Shown one piece after another: positions 1-9,403 of a stretch of DNA of 56,140 bases (its first letter is position 1; each line of letters begins with the position of its first letter). This stretch comes from a virus (lineage: Duplodnaviria; Caudoviricetes): the IMG/VR virus record IMGVR_UViG_3300012005_000007, positions 1 to 56,140 of that record; one strand, written 5' to 3'. The position numbers were made by a program, and so were the translations under genes. The notes beneath the pieces were generated by a model. That model worked only from the letters and a program-made list of their open reading frames with translations, had not been told where the DNA came from and did no database searches.

Positions 1-261
1 CCAAAAGATAGATTACACAAAGAATTTTGGTGTGAAATACCTTTAGAGGAAACTGAATACTACTTACATTATGGTATAGAATATGAACTCTATATCTGTA
101 ATCTAAAAAATAATGAAGAAGTAGATATTTTAAGAAGTATAAGATTTCAGAAGAAAAAAGATAGTAAAACCCGTAGAAATATATCTTTTTATGGTTATAC
201 TTATAAATATTTTGATGAAACAGATGAAATTTATCTAGTTAAAACTGAAATTGAGATATGA
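1..261 (+). CDS. 5'-truncated hypothetical protein
   Basis: Frame +1 is open from base 1 (PKDRLHKEFWCEIP...) to TGA 259-261, which overlaps the next ATG (ATGA). Confidence 0.7.
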   Translation, partial: PKDRLHKEFWCEIPLEETEYYLHYGIEYELYICNLKNNEEVDILRSIRFQKKKDSKTRRNISFYGYTYKYFDETDEIYLVKTEIEI

Positions 262-1049
262 ACCTACACATAAATAAAGAGGAATTTGACTTCCTAATGT
301 CGGCTCCAAAGTTTGGAATTTTTGAGGTAGGGAGTAAACTGTACGGTTTAAATGATGCAGAAAGTGATACTGATTACCTGATAATACTTTATCCATTAAA
401 ATCTAATTGTTTCTCAAACCACCATAAATTTCAATATAAAGACATAGAGAACAATATTGATTACAACTTTACTGACTTAACTAATTTTGTCTCAAATATA
501 GTTAAAGGAGATGATTTAACTGGTTTTGAACTCATCCATTCTCATGAATTTCAATTGTCTACACTTGGTTGGTTATCAGATTTTAGATATGAGTTCTATA
601 CTTATAACATCATAAAAGCATATCTTGGAGTAGTTGATAGAGATATCCGCCACTTTTCAAAAAGAGTAGGGAGAGATATAGTTTCTGGAATGTTACATAT
701 AACTCGAGGATATGAGTTTGCAAAAACTCTACTTAAGGGTCATGAATTAAAGTTAGTAGACCAGGAGCTAATTAAATACAAAAAAATATTAACTGAAGCT
801 GATAATTTTAGAAACAGTTTTATACAAAATCTACCAACAAAAAGAGAAGAGGTAAAAGAATTTAGAAATAAAGTCTTTAACAAAAAATTTGAACAAGGAA
901 AATTAGTAAGATATCTTAAACCTGAAGTTCAAAAAGAAATACAAAAAATGGTAAATTGGCAATCATTTGAATATATAGATTTACCAGATTCTTTATTGAT
1001 GAAAATTTATAACTCAAATGAACAAATAGAAATTAAATATGATGTATGA
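258..1049 (+). CDS. DNA polymerase beta-superfamily nucleotidyltransferase (phage NrdC.11/RlaP-like)
   Basis: GSKLYGLNDAESDTDY matches the GS-x-xYG...SDxD catalytic signature. Confidence 0.8.
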   Translation: MNLHINKEEFDFLMSAPKFGIFEVGSKLYGLNDAESDTDYLIILYPLKSNCFSNHHKFQYKDIENNIDYNFTDLTNFVSNIVKGDDLTGFELIHSHEFQLSTLGWLSDFRYEFYTYNIIKAYLGVVDRDIRHFSKRVGRDIVSGMLHITRGYEFAKTLLKGHELKLVDQELIKYKKILTEADNFRNSFIQNLPTKREEVKEFRNKVFNKKFEQGKLVRYLKPEVQKEIQKMVNWQSFEYIDLPDSLLMKIYNSNEQIEIKYDV

Positions 1050-1070
1050 AAGATGAGTGGTAAATAGTGA

Positions 1071-1107
1071 GTAGTTTTATTTAAGAAAGTTTAATTTAAT
1101 ATCTTTA
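1071..1107 (+). promoter_or_regulatory. Phage bipartite promoter GTAGTTT-N22-TATCTTTA
   Basis: Same consensus and exact 22-nt spacing as copies upstream of structural genes. Confidence 0.65.
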
Positions 1108-1124
1108 GTATTAAAATACCAAAG

Positions 1125-1904
1125 ATGTTAGAAAAGAAATATAAAAGGAACTGTCCTAAATGTCAAAGAGAAGTATACCATACTGATAAATATAATAGAA
1201 ATTCAGCAGAAAGAAAAGGTAATTTATGTAAAACTTGTATTTCAGATACTTTAAGGTCTCCAACTTCAGACTTAAAAAGGAAGTGTCCTAGATGTAAAAA
1301 AGAGTTAAAATATACCTCTACAGGAAACTGTAGAGATGCTGAAAAGAAGGGGACTTGTTGTAAAAAATGTTTAAGTAATAGTGGTGAGGAATTTAAACAA
1401 AATTGTAGAACTTGTAACAGTATTATAATTTATAAAAGAGAATCAGATTATAAAAAAACATTAAAAAAGAAACCTAACTGTAATAAATGTAACACTAGGA
1501 TTTGGGCAGAAAATAACATTGAAAAATGTCGGGTAAGTTCAAAAAAATGGAGTAAAGAAAAAGAATCTGAATATGTTAAAAATAAAAAAAATACGGATTC
1601 TAGTTATAAAATCCTGTGTAATCTAAGAAGTAGGGTTTCAGGATTAATTAAAGAAAATACTAAAACTGGTAGTACTATTGATTTACTTGGTTGTAGTATA
1701 GAGGATTTTAAAAACTATTTAAGTAATAAATTTGATGAAAAAATGAGTTGGGATAATTATACAATTTATTGGGAAATTGACCATATAAAACCTTGTGCTT
1801 GGTTTGATTTTTCTTTAGAAGAACATCAAAAAGAGTGTTTTCATTATTCTAATATGAGACCTCTTGATATAAAAACAAATAGAGGAAGAGGAGTTAAAAA
1901 ATGA
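1125..1904 (+). CDS. HNH homing endonuclease with N-terminal CxxC zinc-binding repeats
   Basis: Repeated CxxC pairs; C-terminal LLGCS...MSWDNY...WEIDHIKPC...CFHYSNMRPL...N HNH motif. Confidence 0.8.
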   Translation: MLEKKYKRNCPKCQREVYHTDKYNRNSAERKGNLCKTCISDTLRSPTSDLKRKCPRCKKELKYTSTGNCRDAEKKGTCCKKCLSNSGEEFKQNCRTCNSIIIYKRESDYKKTLKKKPNCNKCNTRIWAENNIEKCRVSSKKWSKEKESEYVKNKKNTDSSYKILCNLRSRVSGLIKENTKTGSTIDLLGCSIEDFKNYLSNKFDEKMSWDNYTIYWEIDHIKPCAWFDFSLEEHQKECFHYSNMRPLDIKTNRGRGVKK

Positions 1905-2785
1905 AGACAATTTTTACAAGAGGACTACCCGGCGCTGGAAAAAGTTTCTGGGCAAAAGAATTCGTAACTAAAAATCAATCAAACTGGGTTCTCGTGAATA
2001 GGGACAGCTTAAGACACATGAGGGGAACTTACTGGGTACCAAAACAAGAAGAACTAATAACTCAATGGGAGAGGTCAACTACACTAATTGCACTTCAAAA
2101 CGGTTTTAATGTTATTATTGATGCAACAAATTTAAACCCCGATTATATTAAGTCTTTTAAACAATTTTTAAAAGAAAACGTAGTTGGAGAAATTATCTTT
2201 GAAACCAAAGATTTTACTCATATTTCAATAGATGAGTGTATAGAGAATGATTTAAAACGACCAAATTCGGTTGGTGAGAAGGTAATACGGGATATGTATA
2301 ATAAATACCTTGCACCGCCTAAAACTGAATTGGTACAAGATGAAAATCTACCAAAGTGCATAATCGCAGACCTTGACGGAACTTTGACCGATAAGAATAA
2401 TAGATCTCCTTTTGATTGGAAAAAAGTTGGAGAAGATACTCCTCGTAAAAATATTATTTCAATAACTCAAACTTTATACCAAAATTATGAAATTATTTTT
2501 ATGAGTGGACGAGATGAATGTTGTTATGAAGAAACTTATAACTGGTTATGTGAACATTTTTTTGGAAGATCAGTTGAAGAAATAAAAAATGGAGAGTATT
2601 TAAAACTTTACATGAGACCAAAAGATGATATGCGTAAAGACGTAATTGTCAAAAAAGAACTGTATGAAAAGTATGTAGAGGGGAAGTATTATGTAGTAGG
2701 AGTTCTAGATGATAGAAATCAAACCATAGACGGATGGCGTGAAATAGGACTAGATGCGTTACAAGTCGCCCCTGGAAATTTTTAG
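1901..2785 (+). CDS. pseT: Polynucleotide 5'-kinase / 3'-phosphatase (T4 PseT-like)
   Basis: P-loop GLPGAGKS, NRDSLR and IIDATN motifs; HAD domain DLDGTL, SGR, K and DDR. Confidence 0.93.
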   Translation: MKTIFTRGLPGAGKSFWAKEFVTKNQSNWVLVNRDSLRHMRGTYWVPKQEELITQWERSTTLIALQNGFNVIIDATNLNPDYIKSFKQFLKENVVGEIIFETKDFTHISIDECIENDLKRPNSVGEKVIRDMYNKYLAPPKTELVQDENLPKCIIADLDGTLTDKNNRSPFDWKKVGEDTPRKNIISITQTLYQNYEIIFMSGRDECCYEETYNWLCEHFFGRSVEEIKNGEYLKLYMRPKDDMRKDVIVKKELYEKYVEGKYYVVGVLDDRNQTIDGWREIGLDALQVAPGNF

Positions 2786-2811
2786 TAAAATTTAAAAATA
2801 ATATATAAAAA

Positions 2812-3231
2812 ATGGAAAATCAAGAAGAAGAGTATCTATCAATCAGATACAACAGTTTAAAACTATTAACAGCGTACAATGAGGACATTAAGTCAAAACG
2901 AGCAAAGAAACCAGACATCATTAGAATACTTGTTTTTCAAGTTGATGAGGAGTTTGTTATTCATGTACCGGAGTACGCTTTTTTAGACTACCAAGGCAAA
3001 GTTTTTGAAAGTAAGGTAAACTACAATCATTTTTCTGAAGGTTGGTATGCAGGTATTGATTGGTTAACTTTATCAAAAGAGGAAGAGGAATATTCTGACT
3101 CAGGTACCTGGGAATTATCAGTAGGGTTTGATGGAGAAAGTGAGAATGAGGATGATTGGAAATATATTAAGAAAACAGTTCCTTGTTATTTTGTTTATAC
3201 AATGGAAGAAGTTGGATTTGAACATGGTTGA
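2812..3231 (+). CDS. Hypothetical protein
   Basis: 139-aa ORF with A-rich leader, in operon. Confidence 0.7.
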   Translation: MENQEEEYLSIRYNSLKLLTAYNEDIKSKRAKKPDIIRILVFQVDEEFVIHVPEYAFLDYQGKVFESKVNYNHFSEGWYAGIDWLTLSKEEEEYSDSGTWELSVGFDGESENEDDWKYIKKTVPCYFVYTMEEVGFEHG

Positions 3232-3287
3232 AAAATAGTTTGTAATACCATTTCCTTTAATTACATTCAGTAACCAATTATAAGAAA

Positions 3288-3380
3288 ATGTTTTTAGAAG
3301 TAGTTTGTATTATCTTAGTAGTAGTCAATTCGGCTTATTTAGGTTGTAAATACCTACAATACCGGTCAAAAAGAGTTTAG
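3288..3380 (+). CDS. Small membrane peptide (30 aa, MFLEVVCIILVVVNSAYLGCKYLQYRSKRV)
   Basis: Read manually: hydrophobic stretch then basic tail, A-rich leader, terminator directly after. Confidence 0.5.
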   Translation: MFLEVVCIILVVVNSAYLGCKYLQYRSKRV

Positions 3381-3385
3381 AGTAT

Positions 3386-3418
3386 AAGGTGAGATTATTA
3401 TTTTCTCACCTTTTTTTT
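3386..3418 (+). terminator. Intrinsic terminator
   Basis: AAGGTGAGA/TCTCACCTT stem followed by T run. Confidence 0.8.
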
Positions 3419-3425
3419 GAAATTA

Positions 3426-3471
3426 TTTTCAAATAAATTTTAAAAGCTCAGATATTATATTTATATTTACA
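3426..3471 (+). promoter_or_regulatory. Early-type promoter, copy 1 (TTTTCAAATAAATTTTAAAAGCTCA-N11-TATATTTACA)
   Basis: Identical 25-mer and 10-mer at identical spacing also at 26649 and 45636. Confidence 0.8.
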
Positions 3472-3490
3472 TCAACAAAAAAGAAAGAAA

Positions 3491-3712
3491 ATGATAACTC
3501 AAAAGAAAACCAAAAAACAAGGTACTATTGAAATTGACCTTACTGGTCCCGAAGGTAATGTATTTTACCTTATTGGTTGTGTAAGAAAATATGCAAAACA
3601 ACTAGACCTTGACCCGGTAAAAATCCAATCAGAAATGATGTCATCTGACTACGAAAATGCAGTTAATACATTTGACAGTTATTTTGGTGATTATGTAACC
3701 CTTTTAAGGTAA
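3491..3712 (+). CDS. Small conserved phage hypothetical protein
   Basis: IDLTGPEGNVFYLIG...MSSDYENAV motif typical of small phage proteins; first gene after promoter. Confidence 0.75.
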   Translation: MITQKKTKKQGTIEIDLTGPEGNVFYLIGCVRKYAKQLDLDPVKIQSEMMSSDYENAVNTFDSYFGDYVTLLR

Positions 3713-3716
3713 AATC

Positions 3717-4244
3717 ATGAAAACTCTATTAATGGAAAACGATGGTATACCAACTCAAAAAACACTTGAGTTTGTACAATCAATTGACCTAGAATTTAAA
3801 GAATATAATACAGGTGTACGTGAATATATGCACAGTGACGAACTTTTTATATTCGGAGAACTAATACAACCAAATCTTGAAAATTTAGTAACTTCATCTG
3901 CATTTGAAAGAAATATGCCACCTGATGCTTATGAGGTTTTTGGTAAAGAATATGACTTTAATAGTTCTAAGTGTAGATTTAAACAAATTGAGTTCTATAC
4001 ATACCTTATTAGAAATGCAGTAAATTTTAGACAAAGATATAATTTACCAGTTTTAAATATTCATATTAACTACCTTTACCCTGATTTTTTATCTGATTTG
4101 AAGGAAGAAATTTTAGGAAAAGATACAACTCTATATTTAAAACTAATGTTACGCCAATGTGAAGGAGCTGTAAAAGTTTATGTATATAACGAATACAAGT
4201 TACAAACAATTTTATTAACAGAAGAAGATTTAAAATTAAATTGA
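3717..4244 (+). CDS. Hypothetical protein
   Basis: 175-aa ORF, tightly packed. Confidence 0.75.
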   Translation: MKTLLMENDGIPTQKTLEFVQSIDLEFKEYNTGVREYMHSDELFIFGELIQPNLENLVTSSAFERNMPPDAYEVFGKEYDFNSSKCRFKQIEFYTYLIRNAVNFRQRYNLPVLNIHINYLYPDFLSDLKEEILGKDTTLYLKLMLRQCEGAVKVYVYNEYKLQTILLTEEDLKLN

Positions 4245-4245
4245 T

Positions 4246-5157
4246 ATGCTTTTAAAATCATTGATGTATTATGAAGAGGATGAAATGCCTGTTTCAGAAT
4301 TTAAAGTTGGAGATAAAGTCACCAATGAATATGGTGAAGAATTGACTGTCTCAAGAGTAACTTTTCAAATGTTAACACGGGTATATATGTACCAATTTGA
4401 AGGCCAAGGTTTTGCCTGTTCTGCACTTGGTATGAGAAAAGTTGGAGATGACCATGTTTATAAAATTGGTGAAATAGTACAACTAAACCGTTCCGCTGAT
4501 AATATACTTGATGAAATGTTACAGTCACAGGGTAAATTAAATGGGACCCGTGATTTTATGGGTAAGGACTACGCTCTTGAATTTTTCCAACCTGATAATA
4601 CTTATGTTGAGTGGATCCGTGACTATGCAAACGGACGGGTTATAATTGATGTAGGTACAGGCTCAGGTAGACTTACCCACTATTTACAGTCAGCAGGTGC
4701 AAGGGTTATAGGTATAGAACCATTTTTTGACATGGATAAATTGAGTGAATATAACAGATGGGCAATTATGAATGAGAGACCAATGGTACAAATATTGGGT
4801 AAAAAAATTGAGGACTGTGGTTCACTAATAAAAGGACAGGGTAATAAAATACTTATTCTTTTCGCCCGTCCTTGTCATTCAGATTTTGTTACTAATACAC
4901 TTAATATGAAGGATTCTGAAACTGAAGTTTTATATATAACTAAACCTGATGTAGTAGCTAATTATTTAGATCTTGGTGGTTATGATGACCAAAAAGTTTT
5001 AATACCCCATAAAGGTTTTTCAGTTGAATCCGAGGTAGTTTATTCAGTTAAAAATAATACTAAAGTTGAGAGTAAATTCAATAAAACTGAAAGGCAACAA
5101 ATAATAGAAAAGGCAGTTAAACTTTCAGAAGAAATACTTAAAAGAGAAGGGAAATGA
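4246..5157 (+). CDS. Class I SAM-dependent methyltransferase with N-terminal extra domain
   Basis: IIDVGTGSG motif I and VIGIE motif II; N-terminal FKVGDKV SH3-like segment. Confidence 0.75.
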   Translation: MLLKSLMYYEEDEMPVSEFKVGDKVTNEYGEELTVSRVTFQMLTRVYMYQFEGQGFACSALGMRKVGDDHVYKIGEIVQLNRSADNILDEMLQSQGKLNGTRDFMGKDYALEFFQPDNTYVEWIRDYANGRVIIDVGTGSGRLTHYLQSAGARVIGIEPFFDMDKLSEYNRWAIMNERPMVQILGKKIEDCGSLIKGQGNKILILFARPCHSDFVTNTLNMKDSETEVLYITKPDVVANYLDLGGYDDQKVLIPHKGFSVESEVVYSVKNNTKVESKFNKTERQQIIEKAVKLSEEILKREGK

Positions 5158-5726
5158 AATATAAAGCGATAATAATAGAAAATGAAAGAGACATAGTCGG
5201 TTCATTAAAGGGGTTTTTAAAAGATAATCCTGATCTTTTTTCTGAAACTACATTAGTTTCTCAAGCAAGACACCGTCCTGAGGCAGTTGGAGAAAAACTG
5301 AAAGAAGGGTATAATGCAATAATTGTGTCTTCAACTTTTATTTATAAAGACCAATTAGAAGATAATGTGAAACTGTTTTCTGATCTCAACTTAACATTTT
5401 TTGTAGAACACGCTGTCACTTCGCTAAATGAGTTAATTAGTACCTTTATCGGATTACCTAAACATAGAGATAATTTCAAAGATTATAATACTTTCATTAC
5501 TACTATAATTGAATGGGTTAAAAAGGATTGTGTTTATACTATTACACAAGATTTAACTAAACCTAGTAAAATTTTTGATGAGTACCACGGCTGGTCTACT
5601 TATGAAAGTCAGTGGAGGCAAAAATGGGAATATAAATTAGTTAAGTATTCTTTAAAATATAATATCTTCTATGATGAAGATGAAGAAGATTGTTTATTTC
5701 ACTTAAAATATACACACAAACAATAA
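5154..5726 (+). CDS. Hypothetical protein
   Basis: 190-aa ORF with ATGA overlap. Confidence 0.7.
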   Translation: MKYKAIIIENERDIVGSLKGFLKDNPDLFSETTLVSQARHRPEAVGEKLKEGYNAIIVSSTFIYKDQLEDNVKLFSDLNLTFFVEHAVTSLNELISTFIGLPKHRDNFKDYNTFITTIIEWVKKDCVYTITQDLTKPSKIFDEYHGWSTYESQWRQKWEYKLVKYSLKYNIFYDEDEEDCLFHLKYTHKQ

Positions 5727-5728
5727 TT

Positions 5729-6106
5729 ATGAGACCAATAGTAATACAATTAAGTTCAGAAGAACTACAAAAAACAAAAGAATTAATTGCAAAATTTATG
5801 TGTACCAATACTTATACTGATAACGGTATGTTAGTTTTTAAATTTGAGACTCACCCTTGGTTTTATATTGAAAATGAAGCTTCTATTTCATCTGAAGATT
5901 TATTTTATGATACCCGTTGGGACTGGTTAATTCCGGTTTGTAAAAAATGTTTTGATATTATTCAAACTCAAGAACGACCTACTCAGAACCACTGTAATGA
6001 TTTGGATTGGTTGGAATCAGAAATTTCAATAGCTATGCGTGAATATGATTTTAAACTGGTGTATCAGGAGGTAGTGAAGTTTATTGAAGCTTACAATCAA
6101 AAGTAA
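5729..6106 (+). CDS. Hypothetical protein (YDTRWDWLIPV motif)
   Basis: ATG at 5729 just after the upstream stop is preferred to the track's 5690 start. Confidence 0.7.
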   Translation: MRPIVIQLSSEELQKTKELIAKFMCTNTYTDNGMLVFKFETHPWFYIENEASISSEDLFYDTRWDWLIPVCKKCFDIIQTQERPTQNHCNDLDWLESEISIAMREYDFKLVYQEVVKFIEAYNQK

Positions 6107-6264
6107 TCAGGTTTCACACGTTTAAACTGTCAGTAGGTTTATTTATTTAAGTACTCTTACCGTTTTTTCATTTTCTGATGTCTTATTACCTTTTTCTCTC
6201 AAACTGCCTTTAGAATTGAGATATAAGATTTTAATATTTTTTTAAAAACTTACTGTACATGAAC

Positions 6265-7440
6265 TTAAAGTTCTACTAACTTCTCAGAAACTACCTTTGT
6301 ATTACTACTTTTCGTTTCTCCATTAGTGTTTTCGGATGTACCTTCCGAATATTGTCTTACCCCTTCACTAAGTATATTTTTTGCAGCATTTATATCTCTA
6401 TCAAGAATATGACCATTTTTACAAGTCCAAGTTCTTTCTGAAAGATTTAGATTTTTATGAATATATCCACATTCATTACAAGTTTTTGATGATGGGTAGA
6501 ACCTATCAACTTTAACAAGAATACGGTTATTCCAATCTGCCTTATAAGTAAGTTGTCTAATAAATTCATACCAACTAACATCTTGTATATGTTTAGAAAG
6601 ACTTCTCATCTTCATCATTCCATTAACATTCAGATCTTCAACTGCAATAAATTGGTTTTCTTTAATGAGTTGAGTAGTTACTTTATGGATGTTATCTAAT
6701 CTTGTGTTTACTATTTTTTCATGAATTTTTGCAACTTTAATTTTTTGTTTATTATAACGATTACTTCCTTTAATTTTTTTAGATAAATGTTGTTGAGACC
6801 TTTTTAACTTTTTAGAATATTTTTTAGTAGTTCTAATATTTTCAAACTCATCCTCATCTGAGGTCTTGACAAAGGTTTTGATACCTAAGTCAAGACCTAT
6901 AGTTTTATTAGTTGAAGGTAAAATTTCATGTTCAACTAAACAATTTAAAGAAACAAAATATTTACCTGTTGAAGTTTTAGTTATAGTACAAAACCTTATT
7001 TTACCTTCAATTCCCCTATGGAGGTTAATTTTTATGCCTTCTTTGAATTTATGGATCTTAAGTTTATTACTAATAATTTTAGTATCTTGAAGTATAGTAA
7101 AAGAGTTTTTACCAAATTTAGATTTAAAATTAGGAAATTTTGTTTTCTTTTTAAAAAAACTATTAAACGCTAAGTCTAGATTATTTAAAGAAAACTGAAG
7201 AGATTGAGAACTAACTTCTCTTAACCATTTGAATTCTTCTTGTTTTTTTAATTGTGTAAGTTTTAAACAATCTTTATTACAATTAGATTGTTCTTTATTT
7301 TTTAGATAATTTTGGTTTCTTTCATCTAAAAAATGATTATATACAAACCTATTACACCCAAAATGTTTTTCAAGAAGAATTTCTTGGAACTCAGTTGGGT
7401 AAAGTCTAAACTTATATGCTTTATGAACTTGTTTTTTCAT
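6265..7440 (-). mobile_element. tnpB: TnpB RNA-guided nuclease, IS200/IS605 family, without tnpA (IS1341-like)
   Basis: N-terminal KAYKFRLYPT HTH; RuvC I GLDLGIK, RuvC II AVEDL, Zn finger CNECG...C, RuvC III DRDINAAKNI; catalytic D/E/D intact. Confidence 0.95.
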
Positions 7441-7448
7441 TTAAGTTC

Positions 7449-7485
7449 TAAATCTATAAAAAGTTAGATAAAAATCCAAGACTAC
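7449..7485 (-). promoter_or_regulatory. Phage bipartite promoter upstream of tnpB (GTAGTCT-N22-TAGATTTA)
   Basis: Minus-strand match to the consensus with exact spacing, ending 8 nt before the tnpB ATG. Confidence 0.6.
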
Positions 7486-7834
7486 CTAACTTTTATTTTT
7501 AATCTTTTTCTTTTCTTACTTTTCTTTTTCTTATACTCTTACATGCGTACATACACACATACACGTTAAAATGTAGAGGTTAACCCTCTCTTATCTTTTA
7601 AAGTTTATTCTTTTTGTTAAGTTTTTATTATTATTTTTTTATTATTTAAAAGAGCTTTTTGAAGAAAAGCTAAACGAGGGTACCGAAGTTTCTCTTATAC
7701 CTTCAATTATATTAACAACCAAATATATACGTGTACGTGCGAAGATACTATAAAAAATGAGAAAAAAGAAAAAGAATTAAAATAAATCTGAAAACTTTTT
7801 CTTTTCCAAACTTTCCAGTTCATAATTTTACATC

Positions 7835-8266
7835 ATGCAAAACGAAGAAACTTTAGTTGAAGAAATTGAAAACTCCGAAAAAACCAAGAGAGAAGAAAAA
7901 ATACCAGTTGAAACTGAAAAACCAAAAACAGATAAAGAGGTAATTGACAGTTTAATGTCAAATCCAGAAGTCAGGACTAAACTTCTCAATATTGCAAACC
8001 AGTTATCTACAATTTTTAAAGACCATTGGTTTACAAGAACCCAGTTATCTAGAAAAACCATTTATAAAAAAGATGACGAGTTAAACCAGATAATCCAGTT
8101 ATTGATTTTTGCAGACCTCCTAGGTACTCGTTCAGACCGTAATATGGTTGAGTTTAAACTTTGTCTTAAAAAGGAAGATAAAGCGAAAATAATCCAGTTA
8201 GAAATTGACCAGTATCAGTACAAAATTAAAATGTTAGAAAAAGAAATTGTCCGTTTATTAGTATAA
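7835..8266 (+). CDS. Hypothetical protein (possible winged-helix plus coiled coil)
   Basis: 143-aa ORF; TAATTTTA box at 7823-7830. Confidence 0.7.
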   Translation: MQNEETLVEEIENSEKTKREEKIPVETEKPKTDKEVIDSLMSNPEVRTKLLNIANQLSTIFKDHWFTRTQLSRKTIYKKDDELNQIIQLLIFADLLGTRSDRNMVEFKLCLKKEDKAKIIQLEIDQYQYKIKMLEKEIVRLLV

Positions 8267-8295
8267 ATTTTCATAATTAGTTTGTTGTTTTCATG

Positions 8296-8327
8296 AAAAA
8301 TATCTCGAAAGGGGTATTTTTTTTTTT
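8296..8327 (+). terminator. Intrinsic terminator overlapping the next promoter
   Basis: AAAAATATCTC-GAAA-GGGGTATTTTT stem with GNRA loop, then T run. Confidence 0.65.
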
Positions 8328-8350
8328 AGAACTTTTTTTACTTAATTTTA
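8314..8350 (+). promoter_or_regulatory. Bipartite promoter variant GTATTTT-N22-TAATTTTA
   Basis: Exact spacing, upstream of the portal operon. Confidence 0.55.
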
Positions 8351-8372
8351 GAGAATAACTATATATTCTCAA

Positions 8373-9401
8373 ATGTTACAACATATCATAGACCGCAGGA
8401 ACAATCTCATAAATACCTTAGAAAAGTCTTATTATACACCACAGGAGGTTTTAAAAAAATCAAAAGAGGTATATCAAGAACTTGGAGAAAGTCCTGAATT
8501 CCAATCATTAGAAGATGAAGGTATCATAACAGATTTTGATAGTGATAACAGTAAGAAAGACCAAGAAGAAGGTAAGGATGTAGGGTTAGAAAAAGATGAA
8601 GTAAAAAAATCAATTGACCAACTCAACCATGACCTCATAAAAGCAACAACTTTTGAACAGCGTAAAGCTATACAGATTGAGTTAAAAGACCGTATTGAAA
8701 AAGCAGTAGACCGTGAAATATATGGTCGTTCTATACTTTTTAAATCGGTTGAAGATAATGAGTTTGATGAGATAGTAAAAGGCTTTGAAGATTTAGAAAA
8801 AGGTGGAGTAGGTTCAGGACCTCATAAAGTTGATGGTAAAATAGATTATTCATCTGCAATTCATACTCATTCTAAAGAAATTGCAGAACACGCTGGTATT
8901 TCTCATGATGAGTACCAAAAACTTCATCCAGGTACAAAAGAAGAACTTGCAAGAAATAAATTTGAGAAATCTGAAGACCTTGAAAAAGGACTTGGAAATA
9001 AAATTCATAAATACATCTCAAAAATAGGGAACAGATATATATATGAAAATAAAAATGTAGTTTCCTCACTTAATGATCTACGTGAATACCACAAACAAAA
9101 AACAGGACTTGACTCTATAAAAAGATCACTATCAAAATCACCTGACTCACCTCACTTGAAAGATATACATGAAACTTACAAGAAAAAAGCAACAGACTTC
9201 AAAAAATTATATGGACACGACCATGATTCTGATGAAGCAGATGAAAAGAAAAGACTAACCGTAAACGGAATGTTATCACATATTGAAAACCGTACTTATA
9301 ATAATAAACTTGCACGTCTTGAAAAATCAGATGAGGAAGGACTTATTAAAGAACTGATAGTTAGAAATGAGTTAGTAAAAGGAGAAGTTAATTCTAAATA
9401 A
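8373..9401 (+). CDS. Putative capsid-internal protein rich in [LIVF]xK|[GAS] sites
   Basis: LEKS, LKKS, LIKA, IEKA, LFKS, IVKG, LEKGG, FEKS, LEKG, LVKG; directly upstream of portal. Confidence 0.6.
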   Translation: MLQHIIDRRNNLINTLEKSYYTPQEVLKKSKEVYQELGESPEFQSLEDEGIITDFDSDNSKKDQEEGKDVGLEKDEVKKSIDQLNHDLIKATTFEQRKAIQIELKDRIEKAVDREIYGRSILFKSVEDNEFDEIVKGFEDLEKGGVGSGPHKVDGKIDYSSAIHTHSKEIAEHAGISHDEYQKLHPGTKEELARNKFEKSEDLEKGLGNKIHKYISKIGNRYIYENKNVVSSLNDLREYHKQKTGLDSIKRSLSKSPDSPHLKDIHETYKKKATDFKKLYGHDHDSDEADEKKRLTVNGMLSHIENRTYNNKLARLEKSDEEGLIKELIVRNELVKGEVNSK

Positions 9402-9403
9402 TC

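Noticed and set aside
7835-9401. Terminase subunits upstream of portal
   Set aside because: No large-terminase Walker or nuclease motifs; ORF 7835 cannot be assigned as small terminase from sequence alone.
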